From contig CBDBGZ010000009.1 in the NCBI GenBank assembly GCA_965205425.1, positions 800,001 to 864,000 on the forward strand: a stretch of 64,000 nucleotides of DNA. The letters are read 5' to 3'. The notes under the pieces are model-generated. The model did not search any database. It was not told the origin of the DNA and worked only from the letters and a program-made list of their open reading frames with translations. Origin of the DNA: Nitrosopumilus sp. (GTDB lineage Archaea; Thermoproteota; Nitrososphaeria; Nitrososphaerales; Nitrosopumilaceae). Within the stretch, counting starts at the first letter, position 1, and each line of letters opens with the position of its first letter. Positions 61,740-64,000 of this stretch are shown here, piece after piece. A program made the translations under genes and the position numbers.

Positions 61740-62297
61740 TTAGTTAATACATCCATGAATTAAAGAGTCTACAAATTTCTCATTAACTAGAACATGTTTT
61801 TTTAAACGTCCTTCAAATTCAAACCCATTATTTTCTAATAATGATATGACAAATGGTCTAATATCAAAAGTTTCAGTATGTAATTTATTTAGTTTTAATT
61901 GTTCAAACGCTATTTGTTTAATTAATTTTAAAAATTCTTCAAAATCTTTTTGAAATATTTTACGATTTTTACTTCTTATTGTATTATTCAGAAATGATAA
62001 CTCAGCTCGTTTATTATCCCAATCAATATGCACTAAACCTCCATATCCAATACATTCATTATTATTCATCAGTGAACATAAAATCAAGTTTGGTTTAGGA
62101 TCTCTGAAACTTTTTTTAACAGTTTTTTTATAATATTCAACTTGTTCCTTTTTTTCTAGCACTTTTTTTTGCCTTAAAACCTTAATTTGCTCATTTCTCC
62201 ATTTTCTAATTTTTTGAATATCTTTTTCTCTTAAGGGTACCAAATAATATTCATTTGAAATTAGATTTTTGAAATTAATTTTTGAATATTCTTTCAT
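61740..62297 (-). CDS. GNAT acetyltransferase (RimL/PseH-like)
   Basis: IRKWRN, IGYGGL..IDW...AE, GF..EG.L. Confidence 0.85.
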   Translation of the reverse strand: MKEYSKINFKNLISNEYYLVPLREKDIQKIRKWRNEQIKVLRQKKVLEKKEQVEYYKKTVKKSFRDPKPNLILCSLMNNNECIGYGGLVHIDWDNKRAELSFLNNTIRSKNRKIFQKDFEEFLKLIKQIAFEQLKLNKLHTETFDIRPFVISLLENNGFEFEGRLKKHVLVNEKFVDSLIHGCIN

Positions 62298-62386
62298 TTA
62301 TTTCACAATTTTTTAATCAATAAATGATTTAATTTTATCTATTTTGTAAAGATAACTATTTTACACTCAAAAAATTATCTGTTAAT

Positions 62387-62911
62387 ATGACACGAGTATT
62401 TCTTAGACCTCTTGAAAAAAACGATATTGATGATAATTATCTTTCTTGGTTTAGAGATGAAGAAGTCACAAAATTTTTGGAAGTAGATGGAAATGCGTTA
62501 ACAAAAGAAATAGTTGAAGAATACATCAATTTTGGTCTTAATTCTCAAACATATTATTTATTTGCTATTTGTTTATTTGATTCAAAAAAACATATTGGAA
62601 ATTTAAAAATTGGTCCTATCAATCACTTTCATGGATTTTCTGATTTAGTAACTGTCATAGGAGATAGAAGTCAATGGAAAAAAGGATTGGCGACTGAAGC
62701 TATTGATCTTGGAATCAAACTAGCATTTGAAAAGTATAATATTCGTAAATTATCTAGTGGAATTTATTCAGAAAATATTTCTAGTATCAAAGCATATGCA
62801 AACGCTGGTTTTTTTGTAGAAAGTACATTAAAAGATCATTTTTTGGTAGATGGAAAATATCAAGATAAAATAATTGTATCATGTTTCAATCCTAATTTTC
62901 TTAAAAAATAG
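62387..62911 (+). CDS. GNAT acetyltransferase (RimJ/L-like)
   Basis: LRPL, HIGN.K, W.KGLATEA, N..S.KA...AGF. Confidence 0.87.
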   Translation: MTRVFLRPLEKNDIDDNYLSWFRDEEVTKFLEVDGNALTKEIVEEYINFGLNSQTYYLFAICLFDSKKHIGNLKIGPINHFHGFSDLVTVIGDRSQWKKGLATEAIDLGIKLAFEKYNIRKLSSGIYSENISSIKAYANAGFFVESTLKDHFLVDGKYQDKIIVSCFNPNFLKK

Positions 62912-62965
62912 TTTCAATTTAAATAAAAAAATTCTTTATATGGTGATTTTTCTTTCATTCCATTA

Positions 62966-64000
62966 ATGCAATCATTGAAAAACTCAAAGAAATTACTCAA
63001 AAAAGCAAATCCCTTAATTCCAGCTTTATCACAAACATTTAGCAAGGCTCCCTATAGTTATGTTGAAGGTGTGTATCCTACATATCTTACAAAAGGAAAA
63101 GGTAGTCATGTATTTGATGTTGATGGAAACTGTTACATAGATTATGTATTGGCATTAGGTCCGGTATTGTTAGGATATAGTTATCCAGCTGTTGATAATG
63201 CAATAAAAAATCAATTAAAAAAAGGAATTTCTTTTTCATTACCACATGAGTTAGAGGTTACTGTTTCTGAAAAAATTAAATCAATAATACCTGGAACAGA
63301 AATGGTAAGATTCTCAAAAACTGGCTCTGATGCTGGAACAGCTGCAATTAGAGCTGCTAGGGCTTACACTAAACGAGATAATATTGCCTATTGTGGATCT
63401 GGTGGAGTTTGGCATGATTGGTTTACCGTGATGACTTCAAGAAATGCTGGTATTCCTAAATCCTTGGGAAAAATGATTAAAAAATTTGAATATAATAATA
63501 TTGAATCTTTAAAAATATTATTTGAAAATTGGAAAGACAAAGTTGCTGCTGTTTATCTTGAACCTACTGTTTTAGAAAAACCACAAAAAAATTTTTTAGC
63601 CAATGTTAAAAATTTGGCTAAAAAAAATGGCTCAGTATTAATTTTTGATGAAGTTGTTACAGGATTTAGATTGGCAAATGGTGGTGCTCAAGAATATTTT
63701 AAAATTAAATCTGATCTAGTTGTTTTAGGAAAAGGTATTGCAAATGGAATGCCTTTAGGTGCAATTACCGGAAAAACTGAATTTATGGAACCATTTAAAG
63801 ATATTTTTTATTCAACTTCATATGGTGGAGAAACTCTTTCTTTAGCTGCTGCATCAGCAGTAATTGATGAATTAAAAAATAAACAAGTTGTAAAACATTG
63901 TTGGAAAATTGGAAAGTATTTTTCTGATGAATTTAATAAACTAGCTAAAGAAATTGGAATAAGTGTTCAAATTTATGGATATCCTGTTCGTTCTATAATT
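62966..64000 (+). CDS. Class III aminotransferase (GSA-aminomutase-like, glycan-cluster type), runs off window
   Basis: Hand-translated from ATG 62966: SQTFSK, DVDGN.YID, RFSKTGSDA, WHDW, IFDEVVTGFR, GKGIANGMP. Confidence 0.88.
   Translation, partial: MQSLKNSKKLLKKANPLIPALSQTFSKAPYSYVEGVYPTYLTKGKGSHVFDVDGNCYIDYVLALGPVLLGYSYPAVDNAIKNQLKKGISFSLPHELEVTVSEKIKSIIPGTEMVRFSKTGSDAGTAAIRAARAYTKRDNIAYCGSGGVWHDWFTVMTSRNAGIPKSLGKMIKKFEYNNIESLKILFENWKDKVAAVYLEPTVLEKPQKNFLANVKNLAKKNGSVLIFDEVVTGFRLANGGAQEYFKIKSDLVVLGKGIANGMPLGAITGKTEFMEPFKDIFYSTSYGGETLSLAAASAVIDELKNKQVVKHCWKIGKYFSDEFNKLAKEIGISVQIYGYPVRSII

Overview
AT-rich archaeal chromosome segment. The gene content (ESCRT-III/CdvB paralogue, tetraether synthase-like radical SAM, cob genes, archaeal SRP RNA, pelota, AcnX) points to a Nitrosopumilus-like thaumarchaeote; this is inferred, not searched. 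There are four zones. (1) 1-~11000 is one end of an integrated mobile/defence element. It holds a large Zn-finger DEAD/DEAH helicase running off the window and two divergent solo Cas4-like paralogues flanking a CARF-wHTH regulator. It also holds a repeat-rich intergenic tract, a P-loop replication-type helicase, several RHH proteins and a YwgA/Panacea-like protein next to a class III nucleotide cyclase. (2) ~11000-28300 and 31800-40400 carry core genes plus SRP RNA and a candidate K-turn RNA. (3) 28300-31770 is a cluster of broken IS481, IS630 and IS1595 elements with an hsdM stump. (4) 40400-64000 is a surface-glycan island with glycosyltransferases, a flippase, two sulfotransferases (one with an in-frame 12-bp VNTR), PseB, GNATs and an aminotransferase. 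The strongest candidate for an undescribed system is the Cas4-CARF-Cas4/helicase cassette. It has a conserved 13-bp palindrome in both promoter regions and a 54-bp near-perfect inverted repeat inside the two otherwise diverged cas4 genes, which could invert and swap their 5' halves. One of those halves carries a stop codon. All functional calls come from motif recognition by eye; no database searches were run.
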